DNA of 57,677 bases, counting the filler, from Sluysia triapertura (lineage: Eukaryota), in NCBI GenBank assembly GCA_046118255.1. It is 4 parts of 4 records of this genome, joined end to end, with 100 filler letters (N's around TTAATTAATTAA, not from the genome) between each part and the next. Parts side by side here need not be neighbours in the genome. Positions count along the whole stretch, not along the records: positions 1 to 16,787 come from JBJNIA010197709.1; positions 16,888 to 34,499 come from JBJNIA010186946.1; 2 more parts are not named here. One strand, given 5' to 3'. Shown here piece after piece: positions 13,947 to 25,915 of this stretch. A program made the translations under genes and the position numbers. The notes beneath the pieces were generated by a model that ran no database searches, was not told the DNA's origin, and was given only the letters and a program-made list of their open reading frames with translations. Within the stretch, counting starts at the first letter, position 1, and each line of letters starts with the position of its first letter.

Positions 13947-15359
13947 TGAACAATTAGAAAAAAATTATTTACTACTACAAATTGAACACAATTAGGTCAG
14001 TATTGGATATTACCAAGTGTAAAATGTACCAGTTTATCCTATATATTTATTTATTAGAAATATTTTAAAATGTGTTGTACTTTTGCCTACGAAATTTCTA
14101 AGAAAACTGATTAATGATTAGTCTATCTGTTAAAAATAACATGCAGACTAAACAAAATAAAACTAAAAGTTGACTAAATAAAACAATAGAACAGTTTAAT
14201 TGTTTTGAAAAGTATTATTATTTTATTTTTTATTGAAACAAATTGATATTAATACTAAATATAAATTTATAAATTTCAATTTTGGACTTCCTAGTAAGTG
14301 ATCGCATTATTACAATTATAAAAATATTTTGGAGTGACTAAATAACCCATTTTCATTAATTAAATTTCATAAATTTTAAAATTTTATTAAAAAATTGATT
14401 ATAAAATATGATTATTCCATTGTAAAGTGTCGATTTTAGTAAAACTAACCATTAAATTGATAATTGCAATAAGAAATATTGAAGCTAAATCTGAAAATAA
14501 TTAAAATAAGAAATAATAAACATCTGTTACAATATATATTGTGATTATGACAAGAAAGCAATTCCGTTACGTATAAAAATTCATAAAATGTGACATTGTG
14601 TAGAACTCTTTCTGTTTTAATATTATTTTTATAACCATATAAAAATCATGTTACTTATTTTTCGTTTTTAATTCTATTTGTACATTTAAATGAATTTAAT
14701 AATACAGCTATTTTAAACTAATAATTACTTAATTATTATTAGCACTTCGTTTAAACAAATAAAATAAGTAAATAAAAACTTAAATTGGGCAAAATTTTAT
14801 TCTACAAGATCCAAAAAAAATTTTAATTTTGAATTTCTAATAACAAATATAATTTACAAACTTTTTTGGAATGAAAGTCTTGGATGAATGATTATTATTG
14901 TTCACTAACTTTATAAAATATACTTTATTCAAATTGCTGGGTTTTCTTTTGATTTTTAACTCTAAAAACTTACCTAAGAGCAAAATAGATTACTATTCAG
15001 AGTCTGTTTACATTATACGACTTACTAATGGTGTACTTGTAAATAACGTGAAAATAAACCTAAAGAATAACGATGCAACAGATGCTTTTTACTTCAATGT
15101 GCGTTACGAGAAATTTGTGAAAAAAATACTACTAACTAGATGTGTTTATTATGCGTAAGTTGTAAGTTTAATGTATTTATTTATAAACAAGTGTTCGGTA
15201 TTTACTTACTACTCGAACAATTATAAAAATGAATTTTAGAATTTGGGTCCGCCTACGCTAAACGATTTACCTATAAGGACGTTCACGTAGGATTTTAAAG
15301 CTTTTCAAATAATAACTGAAGGTCAAAAGAATGCTATATTCTCTGTCTTTACTTTAATA

Positions 15360-15690
15360 CGTTCTTGAAAATTTTTATCTTTATGCTCTTTATTTCTTTT
15401 AATTCGTTACAAACTTTTATTTTATCTTCTGGATTAATTGAATTATACAAATTATATCTTTATGAATTTTTATTAATTACTTTTCAAAAAATTCTTTAGT
15501 TACAAATAGTTAATCCTAAATTATATTCTCGTCTATTTAAAAAGTTATACCTTAGATCCTTTATATTAATGGCTATAAATTTCTTATAAACTTTTTATCT
15601 TATGCTTTTGATTTAATTATTCTTTCGAAGGTTAACAAAGTAATACTTTTCAAAAAATCTTTACTTGCAAAGGGTTAATCTTTTATCCGT
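15360..15690. repeat. Imperfect local duplication
   Basis: ttttatcttatgct at about 15373 and 15592; acttttcaaaaaa..tt..tt.caaa..gttaatc at about 15478 and 15645. Confidence 0.6.
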
Positions 15691-16574
15691 AACAAAAACA
15701 AAAATAACTTTGGAATTTTTATTACAAAACTTTCAAATATGTAAATATATACACTAGCGTTTTATTAATTCGATATACACAAAAAGATTTAGAAAATAAT
15801 AGTGTAATTAATTGAACAATACAAAAATTTCAATAAATAACAATATAATAATAAAGATATATAATTTTGAAAACTTTAAGTATGATTTTAACTCAGAGGG
15901 TAACTTTGAGTTTTTTCTTACAATTGTGTAAATGATTTTACGTGTAGTTTAAGACCGATCAAACAGGGTCAATAACCTAACAATAAAAGCTTACTTAATA
16001 TACTAAAATCACCGATAAAAAATTGTCTGCCGATTTCCAAATCACTTGTTCCGAACTTAAAAATTATGCACTCCAAATAAAATCGAAACCAAATAAAATC
16101 GAAACCAAATAATTGAAAACCAAGTATACGTCTAAAATTATTCTCTTGTCGTCTTTTATAACTTTATAATTTTCGTAGCTTGACTTTTTTTACTCTGCCT
16201 TGGATAATTATTAGACTTGGCCTTTTATACTCAGCATTAATGATTATTTGTTTCCGATATTTAAAATGATAATATAAATATTTCTTTTATAATTAATTAA
16301 TGTTTATCAATGTTTATGAAAATTTTTTAAAATAAATATTCGTTTAATTATAAAGACTTTCATAATATAAATATCCGTTAAGAATTTTGTCGTTAAGAAT
16401 AATTATTTATCCACTTTTGAATATTGATTATAAATAAATATTAATCTTAGTTTCCGTTATTTATTAAATTCGAAATTAATTTATTTACAAAATAAAACCA
16501 TTTTTTACAAAATTATTATTATGAAAAAATTATTATTATGAAAATAAAATTATTTTTTACAAAACTATTATTAT

Positions 16575-16787
16575 TTATAAGTCTTTACAAAAACAAAAAA
16601 TATTATTTACAATTAATTTATTTACAGTATCAAACGCTTCCTGTTGTTTTTCTCCCCAAACAAAAATAGAATCATTTTTTATCAATTGATGTAAGGGTGT
16701 TGCAATTTTAGCAAAATTTTCAATAAATTTTCTATAATACCCTGCCAGTCCTAAAAATCTTTGTAACACTTTAACCTTATTAGGTAT
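16575..16787 (-). mobile_element. Ty3/Gypsy pol fragment (RT thumb / RNase H connection)
   Basis: IPNKVKVLQRFLGLAGYYRKFIENFAKIATPLHQLIKNDSIFVWGEKQQEAF is the classic Gypsy FLGLxGYYRxFI...F.W..EQ.EAF segment. It is cut by the gap upstream and truncated downstream. Confidence 0.95.
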
Positions 16788-16887
16788 NNNNNNNNNNNNN
16801 NNNNNNNNNNNNNNNNNNNNNNNNNNNNNNNTTAATTAATTAANNNNNNNNNNNNNNNNNNNNNNNNNNNNNNNNNNNNNNNNNNNN
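16788..16887. other. Assembly gap: 100-nt N spacer with TTAATTAATTAA six-frame stop linker
   Basis: 44 N + TTAATTAATTAA + 44 N; the same construct occurs three times. Confidence 0.97.
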
Positions 16888-16957
<70 letters not shown>

Positions 16958-17398
16958 TTAATATCAACTAATTAATATGAATATGTAATTTATAATATTT
17001 CTGAAATAGAAAGAACTCATGTGAATTAATATAAATATAATGAACCCTTGACTTTCTAGAAACCTTTTGTCGACCTATATTGCTTAAATAAAATCTCTAA
17101 ACACTAATCACATTTTAAATATTAGATTTTATTTACAAAACTTAAAATAGTACAATTAAACAACAGTAAAATGTACTTTCTTTCGGTACTGTAAAGTTTG
17201 AACCTGAAAAAAATGTAAATTCAGGTAATAATTCCCTAACTTTTAGTTTCAAGCATTAGTAAAAATATTCATAGATGTGTATAAATAGATATAATTACGA
17301 TGAAGACATTCGTAAGATTTTATACCAAGTAAGTTTTAAGAAAATCTAGAAATATATTTAAAATTACTTTTTTAATGAAAGAAATGGAAAACCGAATT

Positions 17399-17564
17399 CC
17401 CATTTATGCCTGTTGTCTATAGTATCTACAGTCAAATAATTATGAATATTATAGTCCTAACAAACAGAAAACCTACATTATGATTTTTTTTTAATTTTTA
17501 TCTGTTTGAAAACAAATACTAAAACTGTTATAAGTCCGTTACACGCCTTATGAGCTTAAATGGG
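17399..17564. mobile_element. Degenerate piggyBac-type MITE
   Basis: CCCATTTATGC ... GCTTAAATGGG|TTAA (10/11 inverted match). The left flank is AATT rather than TTAA. Confidence 0.55.
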
Positions 17565-17862
17565 TTAATAAATTATGTTACAAATAAATAATGTTAATAA
17601 ATATTATTTAGTTCTTGCGAAAGTATTAGTTTAATCTTAAGCTCAAACTTTTTTTTGTTTCGGTTCAGTTCAGTTCAGCATTAAATAAAATAATTAAATT
17701 CTTAATGACTTTTATGTGTTTTAATTATTTACCAGTGTGATTTATTTACGCGAAATATTTTTATTTTTATAAAATAATTAATTATAAAAACATGATTTTA
17801 TAAATGAAATTTTTAACTTTCATATATGTAAGAAATATTAAACATTATTTATAATTTTGTAG

Positions 17863-18140
17863 GACCAGGAAGTAAAGTTATTACACAAAGCAATCCCAGT
17901 ATAGATAAAATATCCGGTTCTCATGATAGTAGAGAAATAGGATATGACGATTTTATAGATGAATCCTTATCAGATTCTGATAAAAGCATTAGTTCTGATT
18001 CATCTATATCGGCAAGTTCGATATTATCATCTATTAACAAAAAGCCAATTAATAAAGTTAATGGATCCAATGGTAATTTCAGTTTAGGAGATTTAGCTAG
18101 TTTGACAGTATCGAATGACAACGGTTTGATAATTTGTTAG
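17863..18140 (+). CDS. Probable exon (possibly terminal) of an unidentified gene; Ser/Asp-rich
   Basis: ttttgtAG acceptor at 17861-17862, then a phase-1 open frame PGSKVITQSNPSIDKISGSHDSREIGYDDFIDESLSDSDKSISSDSSISASS...LIIC* with more balanced composition than the flanks. Confidence 0.55.
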
Positions 18141-18251
18141 TGTAAATATTTTCACTATTTCATATGTGCAGTGTAATTTTTTCAACTAAATTGTAATGTT
18201 TTGTTTTTTGCCGCAGATATTTGAAAATTCATTTAAAATATCGTGTGCATT

Positions 18252-19903
18252 TGTTACACTTAAATCGAGTGATTAGAACTTAAAAGATTAATGAAAATTT
18301 CTTATATAAAAATTACTTAAAATATTAATAAAATTATTTTAGTACCTTGTATCACATATTACTTGGTTATTTTAATGTAGAACTAAATACCGAATATCTC
18401 GATCACATGTCTTCAAAATGTATTGATTAAGTGTTTTCTAAAGTATCTCGATTACTTGCTTATATAGCCGCTTGATAAGTAGTTAATAAAATTGTTAAGC
18501 CAATTTTAACATTATATTATATAATAACACTTTAATTTATACTGGAACTGGTCTATAATCGCTGGTTTGTTTTGCATATTTATTTAATTTACATATTTTG
18601 GTTTAATAAACATAGACTTTATATTGGTTTAATATAATATTGCTTTATGAAATGTACTTATAATATTTTAAAATGCACATACTTTATTACAATCCGTGTG
18701 TCTTGTTTGCCTCGCAAATGAAATACTCAGAATTTATAATATAATATATTAACTTTTGAATTCCGAAATAAAAAATAAAAAGGAGATATTGTTGTAGATT
18801 TGGTAATGTTATGTTTGGTAATGTTAATTTTAACTGACACCAATTTAGTTGAGTAATGAACCGTTTAATTTTGAAATCAAAATTGATATAATTTTTATTT
18901 GTATCATTAAATCTAAGTTCGTTACAAATATTATGATTAAAATTTTTATGTAGTCCTATGCTCAAAAGTTTAAGAAAATCAATTAAAAAGAAATAAACAA
19001 TTATAATTTTATTGATTAAATTTTGCTCTTATACCTTTGTGCACGTCATTTAGCTTCGCCCAAGATTGATTATCTAAAATAAAATGAAAGTTTGAGTTAT
19101 AGATAAGATAAACAAAAGAAATAATTACATTATGAGGGTACTGTAAGACTTGGAAAATCCACGCCATTATATTTTGATCTTGAAACAGTAAACAGTCTGT
19201 ACATTTAATTTTATTAGAATTAAGTTTAAAATTACACTGTGATTTTTCATACATTTAGTTTGGCGTTAATTTAATTCTTTTTTTATATTAATTACGCTTT
19301 AGAATTTTTATAATTGAAAACTTTTTACAAATTTTTAACAATTTAAAATATTTTTCTAATTCTGTCTTTTTTTGAAATTTTTTTTGTGACCATGTTAAAT
19401 CTGATTAGTTGTTCAATCAGATTGTTTTATTTAGTTGTACGTGTGTGGTAGATGTGGCAGAAAGAGAAACTGTTGATTGGGCAGTCAATTTAAGTGCACT
19501 TTAATAATCAAATTTCATTGACTGATCAATCATAAAGATACAATTTATATACAGCATGAATCAATATGGTTGTCACCATTAAGTGGAAATCTGTCAATGA
19601 AATGATTAAAAATGGTGACAAGCAATTGTGATTAGGATTGATAAATAGTCACTATGAGGTGTAACTATTGATTAATTTCAAGTAATAAAATTGATTATAA
19701 TAATAATGAAAAGATAAAAATGATAATAGTAATAATAACAAGATGTTATTATTATTATTATTACAAAAATGCATAAATTCTTGTTAAATTTGCAAACACG
19801 ATCTTACTTATAATTGTCTTAAATTTCTTGACATATCTAAAAGCCAAAGATGATAAAAGTTAAGAATGATAATAATAATAATAACAAGAACGATAATGTT
19901 ATC

Positions 19904-19966
<63 letters not shown>

Positions 19967-20466
19967 AAAATGCATAAAGTTCTTATATTCTTTAAAACAT
20001 AATCTTTTCTTATACTCTTTTATTTATTCTAAACATATTTAGGTTTATTTAGAACAGATGAATATTTTTAAATGTCTATGGGTTTAGTGCTATAGTGTTA
20101 AAGTTAGAACTTAGGTACTTTGAAATGATTCGGATGTTTACGTGAATTTTAAAATATACATTGATATTCTGGATGAAGGTAATGTTTAAGTGTTAGAAGT
20201 TCGTGACTTTAAATCATTTAAAAGAGTATGGTTTAATGGATAAAAGAAGATACATGTAGCCTATATTTAGGTACTTTCTAAAAGGTAATTATGTGATGTT
20301 AAAAAGAGAATGATTTTGGTTATATTGACATGGGATTATGTAAAAAAAGGTTTTAATGAATTCGTTTGAAATTGTGAATTGTATATTTTGGAGGTGTATG
20401 TGGTTTTATAATTTTGTAAAAGAGAATTTTTAATAAAATTTGTTGAAATTAATAGGTTGGCCACCA
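18252..20466 (-). mobile_element. Cassette copy C: 2215-bp element with TG...CA ends and candidate 4-bp TSD (CATT)
   Basis: catt|TGTTACAC at 18248-18259 and GTTGGCCACCA|catt at 20456-20470. Contains GCTTATATAG (TATA-like, also in the LTR at about 29106), ORF pieces 19254-19009 and 18965-18687, inverted repeats at 19474-19621, an ATT tract and a T/G-rich arm. Confidence 0.68.
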
Positions 20467-20554
20467 CATTCTAAATTAGAATAAGTTATTCGCCATGAAA
20501 GTTCAATAGTAGCTAGATTTAGTAAATCGGCAGAATAAGGAATGAACATAAGTA

Positions 20555-21807
20555 AAAACCTCCAATTCTTATCTTTCTTTGAAGCTGCAAATCTATGTGC
20601 TGGCCCTTCAGTGAGTAAGCCCAGTATCATAGGGAACTCACGTTTAGGATAAGATATTTAATATTATAAAAATTTCAACAAATATTCAAACATTAGAAGG
20701 TTTTCCAGTAGGTAAAGGTTTAATTGTAAAAGCGGCTAGAGTAGCACTGAAAGTATGAATGACCTTCCTCTCCACTCTCGTATACAAGGAATTTCATCTT
20801 TAATTATTAGAAACATAACAGAAAAATTTAGAATTCCAGTAGAAGCTGAAGAATTACCAACAACATTTGCTATTCTTTATGAAAAACCGATGGATATAAT
20901 GGATTTAACAAGTTTTCCATTGTTATATGAATCAGATATTGACAACGTTTACAAATGGCAACAAAATCTGACTTATACACATTTGCCGCATTAAGATATA
21001 GCTAATGAAAATAATTTAATTTTTGTTGCAATCAATCCGAGTTTGTTCCACACCATATCATAAAACCAAGAATGAGGATTAGAATTTTCTCACAATGGAA
21101 CACGGACTATGTGAAAATGATTTAAAGGATGGAAAATACATTGCAGAAATAAGAAAGTTTTGGTTAATTACTTTGTATGATAAGATACTTGTAGCCTGTC
21201 TACCTGAATTCATTATTAAGACATTTCAAATACCTTTTGGATGGCTACATGGCGTTATCAATTTAGCTTGCATAAATTTAGTATCGTATTCACATTTCAT
21301 CCATCAAATCGTGCTTGAAAAGTATTCAAACTTCTGTATACATTTCCACCAAACGATACTTTTACAAAATTAGCTCAGTATCAAACAAAAAGATCCATCA
21401 TTTTTGCTGCAAATAATTAATAGACAATTAGATGATCAGACTCCATCTACTTCTAAATCTTACTCTTCATTACATAACATAAATTCTACAGAAAAGCATA
21501 ACACATAAAACCATAACATTAACCATGCTCAATTATGAGGACTGTCCAAGAAACCTAAACTGGAGGACTCGAGAGCTGACGAACTATTTGGTTGGAATCT
21601 AATGAACAGCGAAGACTTTGCAGTTTCCAGTACATTTTAGACATTCTTTTGAATTCAGATGATACTAAATATGATGATATTGTTGACTTTAATAATATTT
21701 GATTCTTTTTAACTCCTCCTTTAGAAACAATTTTATTTTCTTTTTATGATTGTAGTTTCAATTAAAATTAGGGACTAATTTTCCCTAATAGGAAAATTAT
21801 ATGTAAT
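20555..21807 (+). mobile_element. LTR-retroelement-like internal fragment with disrupted orphan ORF
   Basis: 20555-20641 is similar to 47640-47721 and 31875-31916 (GCCCTT..GT.AGTAAGCCCA..ATCATA.GG.ACTCAC). ORF pieces 20755-20994 and 21095-21373. Ends in TAGGGACTAATTTTCCCTAATAGGAAAATTATA-TGTAAT, resembling a Gypsy pre-PPT hairpin/PPT/LTR junction. Confidence 0.45.
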
Positions 21808-21837
21808 AATAATTTTTATATTCATATTTTTATGTGG

Positions 21838-22266
21838 CTATGAATATGTGGATGTATTTTTATTAACGCACGATGTGTAATACTTGCATTTAATTATTAA
21901 TAAATTACTCTTATTTTGAGTATTATTATCAACTCTATTTTTTAATTCGTTACGAAATTTTACATAAGATTCAAAATGACTATAATTACACATATGGTGC
22001 TCAGGGAACCTTAATAGTACATACTTAAAATAATTACTCAAAATGTAACAACTCAATATAAATTTATTTAAGATCCACAAAATTGAAAATTTAATTACTC
22101 TCGATCCACTATGAATATCACAAAACGGACAAACTTCAAGATAACATAATGAAACTTCATTTAAATAGCGGTCATAATTAACTAGTTCATTCAAGTCGTG
22201 GACTGGAAATGATGCAGTCTTAGCAATTAGTGACATATTTTCATTAGAATTATAATCTATTATCAA
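21838..22266 (-). CDS. Hypothetical protein (142 aa, CPFC motif)
   Basis: ORF track; intronless; no family recognised. Confidence 0.3.
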   Translation of the reverse strand: MIIDYNSNENMSLIAKTASFPVHDLNELVNYDRYLNEVSLCYLEVCPFCDIHSGSRVIKFSILWILNKFILSCYILSNYFKYVLLRFPEHHMCNYSHFESYVKFRNELKNRVDNNTQNKSNLLIIKCKYYTSCVNKNTSTYS

Positions 22267-23829
22267 TAATTTTCGCTTTGAAATCTTTCGTTTCTCGGCT
22301 GAATATATTTTATAAAATTTTCTTGGTTCAGTATTTATGACAATAACGAGATAATTTCAAAATATTTTAAATTTCGATTTTTCTAACTTAATATTTAAAC
22401 AAGTGCTAAATTATTAATATCGTCTCAAATAATGTAATGTTTTTGTACAATAATTAAATACTTCGTAATTTTCGATTTCAAATTTGTTACTATAATGTTA
22501 ATAAATAAATAAGATTTGTTCCCTTATAGACAGAATTGATAATTTCCAATCGACAAGTAAGGTGAAAACTATTCTTGATGAATTACTCCAGTGTGATATC
22601 AAATTATACAAAACAATGTCACGTTATCATTCATTCGCACTACACAAACAGTTGATTTATAATTTAATATGTTCTCTATTACTTAAAGTATAAAATGTTA
22701 CTACCAGAATGTTATAGTGAAATAAATATTTTGAGAAAATATAAATTCATTCCAATTAATGATCGGGTAGAAAGGTAGGCTACATCACTAATACAATTTA
22801 TAAGCTAAATTGATACTCAAGTGAATTTAATAAATTTTGTTGATGCACCTTGCATACGTGGTTTTCATTCAACGGCACTACCGGATTCCTCAAATCATCG
22901 TATTTTCCTTGTAAATTTGTAATGTTTTTGTTGTGATTGAAATTGCCAATAAAAAAAACAACAATAGATTACAAATGATGTCCATATGACTAGTAATATT
23001 ATAACGGGCGTACGAAAGTGATGAAATGAAATCATTTAAATGTGTTATCAGTAGAACTGTTATGACTAAGACGCGATTTGAAGATGCAGGTTGTCCGCAG
23101 CCATGATCGACCTCCAAGCACTGCCTCAATCAATATGTTTTCTTGCGAGTGTGACAAATTATTTTTACTGTTTCTTTAGTATTGCACTTCTGATCCGAAT
23201 TTTTATTTGTAAAAATTTCGCCTTTGTATTCTTCAGCTGGTTGCGAGGTAACATTAGTTAAAATATGCTCCTCTACGAATGCATCAGGTGGTTGATTTCT
23301 GGTTGAATTGGTGTTTGACATAAAGGACATATTAGTATTTTCAGATCGTTTGGATGTGAACGACCATATTGTTCATAAGAATAGTGGTTTTTATAAAACA
23401 TTTCCATGCAAAAAGTCTAACTGATAATGGTCTGGTTTTTGAGCAATGTGAACTTAAATTTAGAAATTCCATTTAAATTAAAATCCAGCAATTGTAATAA
23501 TCATTTTATATTATAGACATAGAAGCATAAAAATATAAAATAAAAAAAAATGTGAAATATAAACGAGAGGACGGTGCGTCATAATAATAATAAAATGACA
23601 ATGAACAATGATTTTAATATTTTGATTAAAAAATGTTAATAAAAGAAATTTTATGAGGCATTTGTGATTTAATAATGATAAATAGCGCAATGTCTTGAAT
23701 GATATGTGTAAGATTTGCCATGGTGTCGTTTTGTGTTGAGGTTTATGTATGTAGGTGTGGGTTGGGCCATCACACCATGTCAACCAAAAAAGAACACTAC
23801 TGATAATCAAACCCAATAAATATGACTTG

Positions 23830-24200
23830 GCATAAGACGTCGCTTGATATAGTGGACTGCATCTATAGAGTTTTTTCCAAGATCTTGGTCACAAATGGAA
23901 TCCTCATCAGTACACACCAAGCTGCTTTTCTCCAATCAGATGAATGCACCGAGCACAACTTCCTACTCTACTCACTTAGAGAAATAGTAGAGTCGATAAA
24001 TCATAGGAAATCGCGCAAAATCAAATTACACATTGTCTTCCTCGACTTGGCGAATGCATTTGGTTCAGTGTCGCACAATCTGATATGGCATCCACTCTCA
24101 AGTATAGAATTCCAACAGCAAACCCTGAACCAGTATCACTTACAAATTCATTGGCATTATAACCAAACCCGTACCGATCATGTATGGAGTGAAACTATTC
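23830..24200 (+). mobile_element. Non-LTR retrotransposon RT fragment (R2-group, NeSL/Utopia-like)
   Basis: IYRVFSKIL...HQAAFLQSDECTEHNFLL...LHIVFLDLANAFGSVSHNLIW matches QxGFxxxxGCxEHNFLL and LDLxNAFGSVPH. Confidence 0.92.
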
Positions 24201-24286
24201 TGGCAATAGACTATCTGTAGACTTTCTAATTTTTATTTTCTAGTTGTTGTTTTTACTAGTGTAGCTACCTATTTTTAAGCCTGTAT

Positions 24287-24635
24287 TGTTACTGCTGTGT
24301 TTTTTATACTTTTACTTTAAATTATCAAACTATAACCCAGTATTTAAACAAATTTTGAATCTCGATGTATTCTTTAAAATATCACAATTATACAATGAAA
24401 ATTTTTTATATTAATACAATTCTATTACATAAATGAAACTAATAAATTTCCTTTGACAAAATGCCTTCAACATATAACTTTACTATCAGCTTTAAAATTT
24501 TAAAAAAATTATTAATAAATCCCCATCAGGGATGACACAACTCAAATAAAATAAATGTTGATGCCCGTTTTAACTAAAATATAATGAATAAAAGCAGGTT
24601 ACTAACCTTTTTTCTTATATCTCCTTAAGTGTTTA
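24287..24635 (-). mobile_element. Partial LTR homologous to 28641-28950
   Basis: Starts TGTTAC. Colinear matches: tcgatgtattctttaaaatatcaca vs tcgatatattccttacaatatcaca; cagggatgacacaact vs cagggttgacacaact; ttactaacctt vs ttactaatcctt. Confidence 0.7.
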
Positions 24636-24859
24636 TTCACGTTTTATAAAATACATATTTATAATATGAAATGCACACATTTACACAGATTAACATATAA
24701 CACATGATATTTATAGATTAACATATATATTATAAATCAACTTGTTAAGACGAATGCTTCGCTTAATCATCTAAAATTATTTAAATAAGGAATTTTCAAA
24801 ATATAAATTATTTCATTTCACTGTTTCATTGAAATAGGAGTTGAAGTCGAAACAGTTTT

Positions 24860-25915
24860 GTTTAAAAAACTTTCTTTTAATTGTTTTCTTTTCATCTTGT
24901 TTTGCCAATTCTTCATACCTTTCCAAATATTTTGCTAATATTTCTACAAAATCAATTGATTCGTCATAAACAAGTTCAATAAATATTTACCAAAACGGAT
25001 TTACAACGTACTTCATGAATGATACCTGAGAAGCTGGTTTCTTTGTCAAGTAAAGCTGTAATTTCCACTTTTAGTTCTCTTTCTTTATCACTTTGAAGAA
25101 AAAGTTCTTGAGTAATACGATAAATCCATTTTTCATACAGAAATAATTCCCTGGTCGGGTTACTGATATCGGTATAATGGACAAGACTTTTTAATATCAA
25201 TATTTGATCTTCATAACTGTTTAAACTCAGTTCATCTGAACCAGCTAGCTAATAAAGACACGTGCTTTGCAAGATCTGTGGCTAATACCATATCTATAAT
25301 CAATTTTCGTATATGTATACGTTCAGTTTTAGCAAAGTTTTCTTAAATATTACAATCACTTTTACCCATAATTTTAAATCCAGTTGGTAAGTGGTGGTTT
25401 TCTAGAACACTAATATCGTTATATAATGTTGCTAATTCATGATTAATGTTCACCAGAAATTGATTGACACCTAAATGATTGACATCATGAATTATAAATG
25501 CCACAATAACAGCAAAAAGATCCAATTCCGTAAATCCACAACTGAGTGATTCAGATTCCATAAGTACATTGGCTGAAAGTGTGATATCACCAGAATGGTA
25601 CGGATTATTTCTGTAGGAAGACTCGATGGTTGTTAAAAAATTCATTAAACTCTTAGGATTTATTTCAGAATTTTAGAAGAAATTACGATACTTAAAAATT
25701 TCAAAAGATATGACAATCAAAGAATGATAATCTGATTTATCATGTAAATCGAATATATCAGTGACCCACTTCATCAAATCATTCTCATTATTTAATTTGA
25801 TTCCATACTGCTGCAAGTCTCCACTAATTTTTCGAATTTTTTGCTAGAATTTACATTGTCCGTAGTATCATATATATCATTTTTTCCTTCTTCTATTTTG
25901 TTTGCATGCATTTCT
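24860..25915 (-). pseudogene. PDE4: Intronless PDE4/dunce-type cyclic-nucleotide phosphodiesterase pseudogene
   Basis: NPYH, IHDVNHLG(V)NQFLVN..HELATLYNDISVLENHHL, RKLIIDMVLATDLAKH and LVHYTDISNPT...W..RITQELFLQSDKERE match the class I PDE4 catalytic domain. In-frame stops, frameshifts and short deletions; no introns over about 1 kb. Confidence 0.9.

Noticed and set aside
16832-16843. TTAATTAATTAA palindrome repeated three times (also in the gaps at 34500 and 46137)
   Set aside because: Always centred in a 100-nt N run: an artificial six-frame stop linker. It also means adjacency across gaps is not guaranteed.
20456-20466. TGGTGGCCAAC as a hAT terminal inverted repeat (CAGTGGTGGCCAAC type)
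   Set aside because: No copy has the 5' CAG, no inverted partner was found, and there is no 8-bp TSD.
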